The position numbers and the translations under genes were made by a program. Under the pieces are notes generated by a model. That model was not told where the DNA came from. It made no database searches and saw only the letters and a program-made list of their open reading frames with translations. From a virus (Duplodnaviria > Heunggongvirae > Uroviricota > Caudoviricetes), in the IMG/VR virus record IMGVR_UViG_3300021405_000008: DNA of 64,000 bases; one strand, written 5' to 3'. Shown here in pieces: positions 63,581 to 64,000 of the stretch (the stretch's first letter is position 1; every line of letters starts with the position of its first letter).

Positions 63581-64000
63581 ATGTACCTTCGGAATTGTAT
63601 GCAGACCATACCGGTCTTGCCAGTGTTGATGTAGAATCCGTTGACCGTGCGCCAGGATGTATGGCCCTTTAGCACGGGGCCTCCATTCTTATTGGCGTGC
63701 AGAATACCCATTCCCCTGAATGACCGGACTCTCTTGTACCTGTCGACTTTCATTCTAGCGGCTCGCTAGCAGGCACGGTTCGGCCGAAGCCGTCACCGAC
63801 TAGTTCATAAGCTGTCACTATGTTCTCGATGCCCTTCCGCATGAGATCCTCGGCTATATAACGCTGCCTCCCCATAATGGTGTCGACTCTACGGATTCGA
63901 TGTAGAAGTTGGGATGGTCGGTCTTGTAATGTATGCCGGCCATAAATGCACTATTTGCGAGAGTAGGTGCATCTACTCCATAGACAGGGATTTCACTGAT

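Noticed and set aside
1-64000. CRISPR arrays, integrase/repressor, transposase-type mobile elements
   Set aside because: No spaced direct-repeat array, tyrosine/serine recombinase, DDE or RuvC-type transposase motifs were recognised. The only tandem repeats are the coding repeats listed above.

Overview
Summary: this 64-kb window looks like part of a large tailed double-stranded DNA phage. Several marker genes suggest the host is an actinobacterium, possibly a Streptomyces-like one: two DUF397 (BldB-like) genes, a secreted Rpf/LysM protein, a Tat-signal GH16 and a transglycosylase motif in the tape-measure C-terminus.

Layout:
- Positions 1-19.4 kb (+ strand) hold a virion and lysis module. 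It contains a partial upstream gene, head/tail structural proteins, a 1180-aa glycine-rich protein built from about 45 tandem 20-aa repeats, and two paralogous major-tail-like proteins. These are followed by tail assembly chaperones with a canonical GGGAAAA -1 slippery site, a 1435-aa tape measure with a lytic-transglycosylase motif, and a 1031-aa minor tail protein. The module ends with membrane/coiled-coil holin-like proteins, a putative glycoside-hydrolase-like endolysin and a DUF397 gene. A bidirectional terminator at about 19.55 kb closes it.
- Positions 19.6-64 kb (- strand) hold a long leftward module for replication, recombination, nucleotide metabolism and accessory functions.

Main calls in the leftward module:
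- A secreted Rpf-like LysM transglycosylase.
- A DnaE-type polymerase split into a PHP-domain gene and a catalytic-core gene by a 1-kb cassette carrying a MazG-like gene and two tandem paralogous HTH/zinc-finger genes.
- DnaQ-like exonuclease, RtcB RNA ligase, ThyX, a HIT-like protein and an FAD oxidoreductase.
- A P-loop ATPase and a Cas4/RecB-like nuclease.
- tRNA-Arg(CCG) and tRNA-Met(CAT), plus an unresolved tRNA-like structured RNA region.
- An SNF2 helicase and a ParB-like protein.
- A translationally coupled polysaccharide operon: a processive GT2 synthase with a QxxRW motif, a CE4 deacetylase and a Tat-secreted GH16. A CapD-like sugar dehydratase/epimerase lies further on.

Other notable items:
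- Two proteins with extreme Asp/Glu blocks followed by Lys/Ala-rich tails. One has an in-frame TAG inside a perfect 24-bp tandem duplication.
- Three tandem 50-aa paralogous small genes.
- No integrase, repressor or CRISPR array was seen.

All functional calls rest on motif recognition by eye, not on database searches.
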